Below are positions 37,243 to 47,930 of a DNA stretch of 64,000 nucleotides, in pieces (the stretch's first letter is position 1; each line of letters starts with the position of its first letter). Both the position numbers and the translations under genes were made by a program. The stretch is from Schizochytrium sp. TIO01 (lineage: Eukaryota > Protista > Bigyra: Labyrinthulomycetes): contig SMSO01000025.1 in NCBI GenBank assembly GCA_004764695.1, positions 1,488,001-1,552,000 of the forward strand. Reading direction: 5' to 3'. The notes under the pieces are model-generated. The model searched no databases. It saw only the letters and a list, made by a program, of their open reading frames with translations, and had not been told where the DNA came from.

Positions 37243-40200
37243 CCTGATCAGTTAAGATTCGAAGCTTACAGCGCGAATTGCTTGTATGTCTCCCGCAAAA
37301 CCCTCGCTTTGTAAAAGGACGGACGATGCTGCGCTTCGGATTTGTGTCCCTCCTAGGATCCCCTGCTTTGGTTTCGGGTTTAAAACAAACTTGCCTTCGC
37401 GTTATCGCGCCTAGTCAATATGCTTCCTGTGCCAAACAAGTCGAAGCTATGCGTCTTGCCGGCTTCGAAAATGCAGCAGAGGCTAAAGCTCGTTTGCTTT
37501 GCACGAACGGAGGTTGTCTTCGTGGGTTGAAGTTCCTAGAATCGTTCGATTCGAGTTTTTAAAATATCTGTTCAAGTTCGCTTCAAGTTCGCTTCTACTA
37601 TCTTCGTAAGTGCGGAGGCCTCGCTCGCGCCTTAACGTTCTGAGTTGCGAGCTTGCTATCTTGCAAGCACCCTTGGGGCTTTCGTGAAGTTGTCGCCAGT
37701 CGGAGGTGCGCTGCAAATTTGGTTGCGGGTTCGTGTTGCACGCGTTGCGCATCGCTTCTGGATCCTTCTCCTTCTCCAGGTTACCTGAGTAGGTAATTTA
37801 ATTCCTATTAGTCTCTAGACTAGTAGTCAATGCAGATCGCTAATTAATAAGCAAGCTTCTGAGGTTTTAAAACTATCATTCTTTATTTTGTAAATGAGTG
37901 AAAATTGATTCTTTATTCTTACGAGTTTAGTTTTGCTTCAAAGTTGCCACTGCTCGAGTCTGTCTTCGACATTCGAAAGGCTGCCTTCATGCAACTTCGC
38001 CGATGACCCCGTGTGGATTTCATGCGAGTTTGAGCAGGTCTGTAGCTTTGTTCCATTTGGTTGGCAAGCTCCCGTCGCTCAGAATAGTCATTTTCTGAGA
38101 AGCAGAAGGTAAATTTTTGGAATCAAGTTCTTCTTTCTGTGCCGCGGCCTGCCTGAGTTGCTTGTCTTAAATCGACTTCTGCAACGACCCAACCGTCTGC
38201 TCCGTTTTCACGGATGGTCTTTGATCTCAGGTGTAAGAGTAATGAGGGACCACGGCCATTAATAATAAGATCCAAGATGTGCCAAGCATGGGAGAAGGTC
38301 AATCGAAAGATCAATCAATCATCCGCGACTCAGTCAAACAGCAGCCCATCAAGAAGCCATGCAAAGCACTCGTGGAAGCCATCGTTTGTGCAGCGAGGGG
38401 GTCCAACTTCAGGTTACAGAATAAACGATGCGAAACGGAGCACCCACTGATGGTGGTGGTCTTCTCCCTAAACTGGCTGGAGTGCTGCTTGAAGTGCCTG
38501 GACACTCCGAAATTCTAGGGCTACGAATTACATGCCCAACCAACTTTCGATTGGCATCGTGTGTGAGTGTATGTGTGTGTGAGAGAGAGGAAGCTTCTTT
38601 TCTGGCTTCTTGCAGATACTTAACCGTTTCGGAATAACATCTTGGACTACTGCTTCATGAGAAGCTGCTCTCCCTGGGTGCTCTCGTACCCAAGTCTCTG
38701 CATGGCTGAAGGAAGCCGAGAGGGCTCTGGAATCACGAGTAAATATTATATTAAAGTCGCCTTTCGGGACTAGCTCCTGCAACTCGGAGAGTCCGCAAAG
38801 TGGGTATGCATGGGAGCGTAGAGTGCACACCACGTTTGGGCGAGCTTTGCCTCTTTTATTTCATGGAAATGCGGGTATTCGAACTCGGGGTTGTGATATT
38901 GCTGCCACCGCTGGGAGTGCTCCAGGTAGCATCACGGCGAATGAAGTGGCGGAGGAAGCCATCACCTGCCAACAACTCAATCATGAAAGGCGTCGTTCGA
39001 GGGTTCCGCTCTCAGCCAGTTTCCTTGATATGTCGAAATCTTGAATGCGAAACTTGGAGAACTCGTTGCTCAACTCTGGAGGCGCAACCTGACACAGTCA
39101 CAGGAGACCAGAATCAGAAAATCAGGACGTTTCAAAACCATCTTAGATAGGTTTCCGATTTAGGCGTTTCCCGAAACGCAGCGCAACCGAGTCCTGTATG
39201 AACCTGAGCCACGGTGTTATCTCCATCGGCGTCGATTAGTACCAAAAAGGGAGTCCACTCCAAGTTGTGCACAATGGCTCAAGCTCGACTTCAATCTCAG
39301 CGCCACAGCACTCTCGTTTCGACGAGGATCATGACAGAGTCTAGTAGCGCGTGCGTCGAGCACCAGGAAGACAGGCTTCAGCGAGGTCTTCCTCGGCGAT
39401 GTCTCCTTTCTGTAGAGCTCTGCAAACTAACAAGCACAGCAATTCGACTTGCCGAACTCTTCAGCACCTTGAACATTGAACCATGGAATCCTTTTTTGTT
39501 TTGCAACCTTCATGATGGTTGTGTTAAATTGAGTCGATCACGTCTTACATCGCCGGCGCGTGGCACCTAGCCCCCAATGGTTTCTGCTCTGCCTTGATTT
39601 TGGAGATGTGGCACTACACAACCATTGCAATTAGTCGAACTGGCCGATGCATTGTAAAATTGCGTGGTCCCTCGCTCAAAGTTGGCACGCGCTACCCAGG
39701 CTCTAGCTAGGCATCGTGCACAAAGAAGTCAGAAACACACAGCAATCGCAAGCTCGATTTCTTCAAGCCGGAACTCCATGAGATGCGAGAGAACCGCAGA
39801 CAATTATTAGGTAAACGAGGTAGCTAGCTGCCTATGTTGCCTTCAAGTTATGGCAGCCACAAATGAAGGATCGATCCTGGGTACGGATTTTCAGGTTTCT
39901 CTAATATTACAAGTTCAACTTGCACATACAATCGCCACATGAGTGACTTCGGTACTCCTCATATCCGTCTTCTCGTAGCTTTCTATCGTCATCGTGTGCA
40001 AAATCGAAACATTGGCCATCTTGGTGTAGTAGTAGTAGAAGTAGGAGTAGTACTAATAGGAGTAGTACTCTGCTAGTAGCAGCAGCAGCAGCAGTTGTCA
40101 AAAATCTAGCCTGTCGCGCTTTGCGAAGTTGTCGGCACACGCCACTCAATTCACAAGTGGAGAATGCAGATCAAAGAAGAAACCAAATCAAACGTCACAT

Positions 40201-41024
40201 CCTCGTATTCTTCACGGGTAACAACAAGCGCCTCGTTTGTCTTTCCAACGTGTCAGCAAGGTTTGTTCGCTCACGATTACCCGCGACTATGCCTCGCACT
40301 ACTCCAGTTCGTGTATTATTTGGACCACTATGCTGGTAAATTCTAAAACCCTTATGAGGTCTTTAGGTAGATAGGCTAAAAGGGTGAATAATGCTTTTCA
40401 ACACAGAAGAGAAAGAGGAAAGGTTATGAGCCAACTTGAATGAATTGGCAGCTGGGAAAAGGCAGGCGGTCCTTTTCCATTTCACACCACAGCTCCGGTC
40501 AAGCTAGCCCAGCCTAGCATTTCTTTTGTCTAGGACGTGATTAGGTTTCATTGCTTGGATGTACTTTTTTGAAACCATGCGGTACATGCTGCTTGCACCA
40601 TTTCCAAACAACACAAACACACACTATAACTTGTGTACCACCCCCTAGCGTCCATCTAGTTTAAAAAAAACAAAAAACATTAAATTAAAAAAAAAAGAGA
40701 ATAGAAAAAGTTAGGCCTATGATGTGGTATGCTGTCTTTTTCTTTAAGTAAATAAAAATAAAAATATTAAGTCCATCTTGAGTGAAGAAAGACAAATTAA
40801 TTTGCACCAAGGCAGACCGACTTGACTTGCAACCAAATTTCCTTGTTCTCGCTCGGCCTCTTGAGGTTGGACATCGTGTTAGAATCCATAGCTAAGTTGC
40901 CTGGCCCTGAGTTCCGAGGGACGTGCATTGAGCTTGCATTTCTGGCAAGACGGGCGGCCCTCGTACCAAGAAGGAGCGCTCTTCGCAGCGCTCCGAGGCA
41001 CCGACCGCTGAGCGGGACCAGCGT

Positions 41025-42521
41025 ATGCTAGAGATGTCCAACATGGAGTCCAACTCGAGCCCTCGTGGAGGCCAAAGGCTAGCCTCTTTCGTGGACGAAA
41101 ATGGAAATGACCAAAGAAACGGGTCCGCTGCAAATTCGAGAAACGGTAATACGAGATCTGGGAGTCAAAGAGGCGCAAGAACTGGCAACCAAGGGGTAGA
41201 TGCCATAGAAGACACACGCGCAGCTCGCTTGCAAGAGCGTATGATAGAAGCAGAGAGCGAGGAATCCTATTTGGAGCTGCTGTACTCATTTGGATCATTC
41301 CGCGCCATCTTCTTCCCGGTAGCCATTACAATGATTGCCACAGCACTCACGGTCGTCTACATCAATGACGGTAGCAACGGCAATGGTGAGGGCGGGCTAA
41401 CCACACTGCCAACAGTGCGGGATGAGAGCGACGAAACCTCCAGCGCTGGTAAAATTAGCGCTGCTGCACTTAATGCGTTAGTCATCGTAGCCATCATCAC
41501 TGCTGCAACCTTCCTTATGGTTATTCTCTACAAGTTTAATTGCTACCGACTTCTCGTTGCTTGGCTTATGCTTAGTACCTGCTTACTTTTGGTTCTCACC
41601 ACATCATACCCTGTACAGATTGCATTCTTAGTCTACAATGTGCCCTTTGACTCTATAACCTTCTGGATATTCTTCTACAATTTTGGTATATGTGGCGTTC
41701 TCGCCATCTTCTATCAAAAAGGAATGCACCCCATTGTCGGTCAGTTTTACCTCGTTGCCGTTAGCGTCGTCATGGCATGGGTTCTGCTGCGTGTGTTGCC
41801 AGAGTACACCAGCTGGGCGCTCCTGGTACTCCTCGCTCTTTATGACCTTTGCGCTGTGCTCACGCCATGCGGTCCCCTCAATTTATTGATTGGAATCGCC
41901 AATGATAAAGAGGATCGTGGCGAAACTAGAGGAGACCTTCCAGGTTTACTTTATGAGGCTCGTGTTCATCGTGAAGGTCGCATGGAAAGGTCGGCAGATC
42001 CTCGGTCAGCCCGTAGAGCATCAAATCAGGCAACTAGCATTGCTCCGTTAGCTGGAATTATGTTTATGGCGGATACAAATACCACAATGACCAACCATAG
42101 AATGACATCGATGGACATGGGAGAGGAGAGTAGCGACAATGAAAGTGAACCCCCCCAGCGTCCTCAGCCTTCACGCCCTGCTCACTTGCAAGAGCAACCT
42201 CGACAGGATCCAATGGATTATGTAGAGTCCGAAGCCGAGCGCTTTGCAGACCGTCACTCCATCAAGCTGGGTCTTGGTGATTTTGTGTTCTACAGTGTTC
42301 TTTGTGGTCGCGCAGCTCTGCAGGGATTTTCTACGTTTGCTGCCATTTTTGTCACAGTTTTTGCAGGTTTAGCTGGTACTCTAGTCCTCCTCGCTATGTA
42401 TCAGCGGGCATTGCCAGCTTTACCCATATCTATTCTTATTGGCGTCCCTCTTTACTTTGTGTGCGAGCTTTTGATCACACCTATGACTGAAACGTTGGAG
42501 CTCGACTATGAAGGTATTTAA
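41025..42521 (+). CDS. PSEN: Presenilin (GxGD intramembrane aspartyl protease, gamma-secretase catalytic subunit)
   Basis: Multi-TM 498-aa ORF with LALYDLCAVLTPCGPL (YD), PGLLYE, KLGLGDFVFYSVL (GxGD) and RALPALPISI (PALP). Confidence 0.96.
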   Translation: MLEMSNMESNSSPRGGQRLASFVDENGNDQRNGSAANSRNGNTRSGSQRGARTGNQGVDAIEDTRAARLQERMIEAESEESYLELLYSFGSFRAIFFPVAITMIATALTVVYINDGSNGNGEGGLTTLPTVRDESDETSSAGKISAAALNALVIVAIITAATFLMVILYKFNCYRLLVAWLMLSTCLLLVLTTSYPVQIAFLVYNVPFDSITFWIFFYNFGICGVLAIFYQKGMHPIVGQFYLVAVSVVMAWVLLRVLPEYTSWALLVLLALYDLCAVLTPCGPLNLLIGIANDKEDRGETRGDLPGLLYEARVHREGRMERSADPRSARRASNQATSIAPLAGIMFMADTNTTMTNHRMTSMDMGEESSDNESEPPQRPQPSRPAHLQEQPRQDPMDYVESEAERFADRHSIKLGLGDFVFYSVLCGRAALQGFSTFAAIFVTVFAGLAGTLVLLAMYQRALPALPISILIGVPLYFVCELLITPMTETLELDYEGI

Positions 42522-44045
42522 GCTGCTATTCAAAATTAATTCTCTCAGGAGGCGTCTGGATCCTTCTACCATTTAATGCAATGTATGGTTTGAAAATGAA
42601 TGTATTATCTGCCCTTTCTTGTGTAACCACATGCAGGTAAATCGGTAAAGGTATAACGATGGCATGAGTATCTCAAGATGTTTGCAGGAGACTTTTTTAA
42701 AAGAATTGTTGACAAGTGGCCTAACGTTCACAATTTTAGTTGCATAGTGTTCTATTTGAGTTTAGGCGATAGCATTTAAGCATTCTTACGTCCTAACTTG
42801 GTTGTGTTTAATTGTCGGTAAACGTGTACGGATATTATATTTCGCATCTACTTCTCGCATCTGTAATATGGGCTTCAAGCAACACAGCTATTATAAAATA
42901 ATATTGAAATTCTACATTCACATGGTAAAGCTTTGTTTTGTACCATCTTAAACTTTTTCTGGCAATTTATTTGTCTTCATGTCGCTGCGAAAAACTCTTA
43001 CAACAACTCATTGTCTTGATAAAGAGGTATCCCTATCAATTCATCCATAGCCTCATTGCTTAGCCGACAAGATAGACTTTGTACCAAGTACAAACTACTA
43101 CCAAGAAGAAGCTACTTACCTTTACTACCTAAGATAGGAGTGTATTCTTGACTCACAAAACCAATTTCATGACTGAGGTTCGAAAAAACTTTGAATCGCA
43201 CAGGTATACAACTTGAACGCAAAGCCACTCAAATGCGTATGAAGGTTTTAACATTCTAGTTCTGATACTCGTGTCTTCCCATATGTCATAGAAGCCTGCC
43301 TGTGCATCAAACTCGAACTCCACAACGAAGCATATCTTTTAGCTGCCACAATGAGGTTCCTGGAGCACATGGAATAATAGTAAGAGTTGTTGGATAGTGT
43401 TAGAATCAAACAAGCAAGCAACACGGATAACGAAAGCGTGAAGGAAACACATCTACACAAGCAGTCCTTTGATTTGTTGCTATTCACTAAAAGAAACGCA
43501 ATTACTAGAAACCTGCTAGGTAGACTGTAGAAAAATAGAAGAGGATTAGGGTGACCTACCGACTGTTATAGTATGAAAACTTAGGATATCAAAGATGAAA
43601 GACGAAAGTCAAAAAGATTTGGGGTTGGCAGCTGAGCTGCAAGAGAGAAAGCAGTTGCCATCCCGTCAGAGCGCCTTGGGCCGCTCAGTCCAAAATCGGC
43701 GGAAGCTGTAGGAGCTTCCGAGGCTTCTTGGGTGCCCGCGAGAATCCTGCTTTCTAGGGTTACTTCCGCAGCCCTCGCAAGGGCGGATCCGTGAGCCTCG
43801 TGGTGGCATTGAATTAGTTACTCTACGTCCCAGAGTGTTGCCGCCGCCACGACACGACCCTCTGGATCAAACTACTCATTCGCGAAGTAAGAGAACATCA
43901 AGGTACAGAACCTGCAAACAGCACCAAGGGATAAAGCTAGTTTCTGTTTTGAACTTTCGTTGAACGCAGGGTTTGCACAATTCCACCTGAATTTGAGCAT
44001 ATCAAAATATAACACGAACACTCTCTACACATTTGACCTCTCAAG

Positions 44046-46994
44046 ATGGCCAGTCCATACACACCAATGCCAACTTTTGACCCAGACCCGTCTTTGACAC
44101 CGACGCAATACCCTACAACAGAGTTTCCTACAACAGGAATGCCAACGACTGGGATGCCAACGACTGGGACGCCAACGACAGAAATGCCAACATCGGTGCC
44201 AACCAGGTTACCGACGGCAAGTCCAACAATTTATCCATCAATCGCACTGCCAACCTTTTTGCCAACCAGTGCACCTACAAACTCGACGATAGCACCGACA
44301 CTGTTTCCGACAATGGCACCAACGGCACCTTCAGTGATTCACCATCCAAGTGATGACACACTTTTATGGGGCGGTCTCTCGTACGGGGGGTCTGCTCTAG
44401 TGCTCATGGTTTTGTATGTATTTCTAGCAAGCTGTGCACGAGGTCAAAACCCACTTAAACGATGGCTTTCGCCACGTGGCCCTGTGAAGTGGCGCGAGGT
44501 CCTTGCACGGAATCGCCTCTGCAACATTTTCATCAGGGAGGACACTTTTATTGCACAGTGTGGTATGGATGCCTACATGAGTCTAAGGGGGATACGTCTT
44601 CAGGCTACTGCCATGCTCTTGCTCTCTCTTTTTGTGTCTGCGTCTCTCCTTCCTTTGTATTACATGCAAGCCCAACCTGCTAAATGTGTTGACTATTGTG
44701 CAGGTGTCAAGCGCAACGAGTCACTCGCAGGCGGCGGTTTTCATGAAGATGCTTTTCATTCAGACTGCACATGCTCAAAAGCAGACCAATTTAGCTTGGC
44801 AAATGTTCCCGCCGAGAGCCCATATCTGTGGGCTCCTGTAGGCGGCATTGCACTTGCAACCCTTATTTTATTGTACCTCATCCAACGAGAATATCGTGAG
44901 GTTGTTCGTGTACGCGCAGCATATTGGCTTTCACAACCACCTGAGATGTTCACCGTTCTCTGCGATGACATTCCTCAGCACCTTAATCTGCACACTGTGG
45001 AGGGTCTCCGCGAGCATTTCAGTCGAATTTTCCCGAATCGAATTCTTCGCCTTGATCCAGTTCGCTTTAATGACGAAACCCTTTTGAACCAAATGCGCAA
45101 GGTAGCTAGGAAGCGTATGGAGTGTCATGATCGTATTACTCGACTCATGGCGTTACGCGACCGCTATGGTCGTGTTCCTCGATGCCATGCACTCTGCCTG
45201 AACATGTGCTGGGGTACTGGTTCTGGAGATGTTGGGCACTCAATTATCAAGCTTGAAGCAAAATATGAGACTCTCAACCGTGACTTCGAAGAGCTGTTTT
45301 ATGCGTACAAGAAACTTGAAGACGATGAATCTGCTGGAAAGCTTGCCCGTCCTATTCGTTCGTGCTTCATTACCTTCAGCTCGGCATTTGCAACCTCAGT
45401 TGCATCCCAAACTGTTCTTGACCATCGCTACAGTGTTGTGGCTGTGCGAGCTTCGGAACCTGATGATATTATCTGGAGCTCACTAGGCTATGGTGCTACT
45501 CGTCGTGCTTGTAGCAAATACATGGCACGTTTGAGCTTTTTCGTACTAGTGGTATCATGGGGCGCATTTACAGCATTTGTTGGCGCCATGACTTCTCTGG
45601 ATGCGCTTGAGGCTCGAATTCCTCAATTGCAAGATTTTTTTCACAAATTCCCAGTGATACATGACATTCTCGAACAGCTCGCTCCCCTCGTCCTTTCCAG
45701 CCTCCTTGCAATTGTAAACCCTTTTATTTGCATTTTGGCTCGGATCGAGGCCCGGGCTTCAGAATCCGATGCAGACCAGCTTGCAACAACATGGTACTTT
45801 TTGTTTCTTGTCATTCAGGTCTTTATCTTCTACGGTGTTACAGGCCCAATTCTCAATTCTCTTACTGCGATTCTTGACCATCCTTCAGAGATTGTTAATA
45901 CGTTGGCTGCCAAGATTCCTCAGAATGCATCGTTCTACATGCTATTTTTTGCTTCAAAGTTTGTGACATCTCTTTGTCTCGATATGTACCGTATTGCCGA
46001 TGTGTTTCTTGATCTTCTTCGCAGATGTATATTTGGGGCAGCTTTGTCACATCGAGACCGTCGCATTGCCCGTTGTGGATGCCATGTGCTATCATTTCCT
46101 GCGCATCGGAATTTGTCCGCACTCAATGGTCAGATGCTGCTTCTCTTTTTCATTGCAACATCCTACCTGGTTATTCAACCTCTCATTGCGCCCGTCGCGT
46201 TTCTATTTTTCTACCTTGCCTACTTTGTTTATGGTCGTCTATTTCTTGCAGTAAATATGCAGCGTTTTGATGCTGGAGGTACTCTTTGGACACGGACCTA
46301 TTATTGCTATGTCTCCGCAATTATGGTTGCACAGCTCACTCTGGTAGGTCTTTTGACTCTTCGTAAAGGCTTCTTACAGTCTTCTGCGGTCGTTTTTCTA
46401 TTCTTTACCACCGCATTTGTGGCAGCAATGATCGATTTTCGCTACAGACCACTTGTCAATGCTCTTCCGCTTGATCTGGCAGCTCACATTGATGAAAAAA
46501 TTGACGAGGATGAGCCCGCAGCAATGCTTGCGGCCTCAGTGTGGCAGTATGGTATGCTTACAGGGGAGGATCCTAATTACCTGGGCCGACGGATCGATGG
46601 AAGTTTTAAGGTTGATCATGGGCACAGTCGAACTGGAGCCAGTGTAACCCCAGCACACGGCAGTAACCTTGATGATACCTTTGATACTGGTGATGACGAG
46701 GAGGAGGATGAGATGGACGACCCAATTATGGCATCGTACAGGAACAACTCACAAGCCAATGGACAAAATGAAGGTGGGCTTCGCCACCGCGCTTCGCCAC
46801 CATCTGCGCGTGTTTCTTCCCATGGAAACAGCAGCGCTTTTGAGTTCTTTTCGTATGAGCTTCCTGTGCTACGGGAGCCTCCTGACCTGCGCTTGCCGCA
46901 GTCTGCATCTCATGTAGATATTCCAACTGCAGAAGCGCGCATGATTCGAAATTACGGCGAGAGCTCGAATACAGAACCCCTTTTGCCAAGGTAA
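44046..46994 (+). CDS. OSCA/CSC1/TMEM63-family calcium-permeable mechanosensitive/osmosensitive channel with N-terminal Pro/Thr-rich extension
   Basis: 982 aa. Contains CGMDAYMSLR, FSLANVP, FTVLCDDIP, CFITFSS, ASEPDDIIWSSL, LAAKIPQNASFY, IQPLIAP and FDAGGTLW, with about 11 TM segments. Confidence 0.93.
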   Translation: MASPYTPMPTFDPDPSLTPTQYPTTEFPTTGMPTTGMPTTGTPTTEMPTSVPTRLPTASPTIYPSIALPTFLPTSAPTNSTIAPTLFPTMAPTAPSVIHHPSDDTLLWGGLSYGGSALVLMVLYVFLASCARGQNPLKRWLSPRGPVKWREVLARNRLCNIFIREDTFIAQCGMDAYMSLRGIRLQATAMLLLSLFVSASLLPLYYMQAQPAKCVDYCAGVKRNESLAGGGFHEDAFHSDCTCSKADQFSLANVPAESPYLWAPVGGIALATLILLYLIQREYREVVRVRAAYWLSQPPEMFTVLCDDIPQHLNLHTVEGLREHFSRIFPNRILRLDPVRFNDETLLNQMRKVARKRMECHDRITRLMALRDRYGRVPRCHALCLNMCWGTGSGDVGHSIIKLEAKYETLNRDFEELFYAYKKLEDDESAGKLARPIRSCFITFSSAFATSVASQTVLDHRYSVVAVRASEPDDIIWSSLGYGATRRACSKYMARLSFFVLVVSWGAFTAFVGAMTSLDALEARIPQLQDFFHKFPVIHDILEQLAPLVLSSLLAIVNPFICILARIEARASESDADQLATTWYFLFLVIQVFIFYGVTGPILNSLTAILDHPSEIVNTLAAKIPQNASFYMLFFASKFVTSLCLDMYRIADVFLDLLRRCIFGAALSHRDRRIARCGCHVLSFPAHRNLSALNGQMLLLFFIATSYLVIQPLIAPVAFLFFYLAYFVYGRLFLAVNMQRFDAGGTLWTRTYYCYVSAIMVAQLTLVGLLTLRKGFLQSSAVVFLFFTTAFVAAMIDFRYRPLVNALPLDLAAHIDEKIDEDEPAAMLAASVWQYGMLTGEDPNYLGRRIDGSFKVDHGHSRTGASVTPAHGSNLDDTFDTGDDEEEDEMDDPIMASYRNNSQANGQNEGGLRHRASPPSARVSSHGNSSAFEFFSYELPVLREPPDLRLPQSASHVDIPTAEARMIRNYGESSNTEPLLPR
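44115..44195 (+). repeat. Coding 15-bp tandem repeat encoding PTTxx units
   Basis: atgccaacgactggg atgccaacgactggg acgccaacgacagaa atgccaaca encodes PTTGMPTTGMPTTGTPTTEMPT. Confidence 0.8.
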
Positions 46995-47930
46995 ATAATG
47001 ACAAGTATCTTTGCTAGCTCCCTTTGGAAGCGTATTCGTGGGTTGATTCCTTAATAGCTGTTCTTTGTCTTCCCTTGGCTCATCTTTCTGTTTCTGTTGA
47101 AATAATGTTTCAGCATTGAATTAGCTCCTTGCAAGAGTTGCGAAGGTTTTCTCGCCCATCATATCATATCCTGAATTTGCCAAGGGTTGGTAAGAAGTTG
47201 AGATCCTAAAATTCATAATAACAGGTAGTTTACAAAAGTTTTTTTATTATATTTTAAATAAAAAATACATATAAAACCGAAAATTATGTGAAACAAAACG
47301 ATAGAGACCAATTGGTCGGGGTGAGATTTGAGATCTAGTTTTAAGGTCGTTTCTTCATTTAACTAGGTCAATCTAAAGAAGCATTTCTTTCTTCTTTTCA
47401 AATAAAAATATACGGAGCATGTATTCGATATTGTTTTTAACACTCAGATTGATGCTCTTGCTGAGGATGGATTTCTTCATCATGGGTTGATGTCCTATTC
47501 ATACTGAAGACAAAATCTACTGTCAGTTGCAACTGGTTGCCTTACAAAATTATATAAGCGACCAAGGAGATGCTTGATCCCTTCGAACATTCGTTTTCTC
47601 TGACCAGGGGAAGTATTATTGTAAATGTTAGTATCAACCAAGGAAAAGAACAGAGCCGGGTGAACACAATAAGATGCTCAAAACCTTGTGTTGAAAATAA
47701 ACAGAGTGATGATTACATAGAAGCGAAAATTCTTTCACGTCAAGAGTGTTGTGAAGATAGTGTTATTGGGGCCGTAACTTCCGGTACTCATTTTTGCTAG
47801 GTTCGCACAGTCAAGGACTTCTTAAATAATTCATCTCCTTTTGAAGTTCACAAAATAAAATGTCAAGTAGAACTGGGAAGGTTGTATTACAGCAGGTTGC
47901 TTAACGATGCAAAACTATAGTCACAGTTTA

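Noticed and set aside
37300-41000. Short ORFs between the Nudix-like and presenilin genes
   Set aside because: No coherent frame, domain motif, terminal repeats or RT/transposase signature seen.
41025-42521. Presenilin as the processing protease of the giant fibre protein
   Set aside because: Only proximity supports it. No TM substrate segment is visible in the window, and eukaryotic gene neighbourhood is weak evidence.
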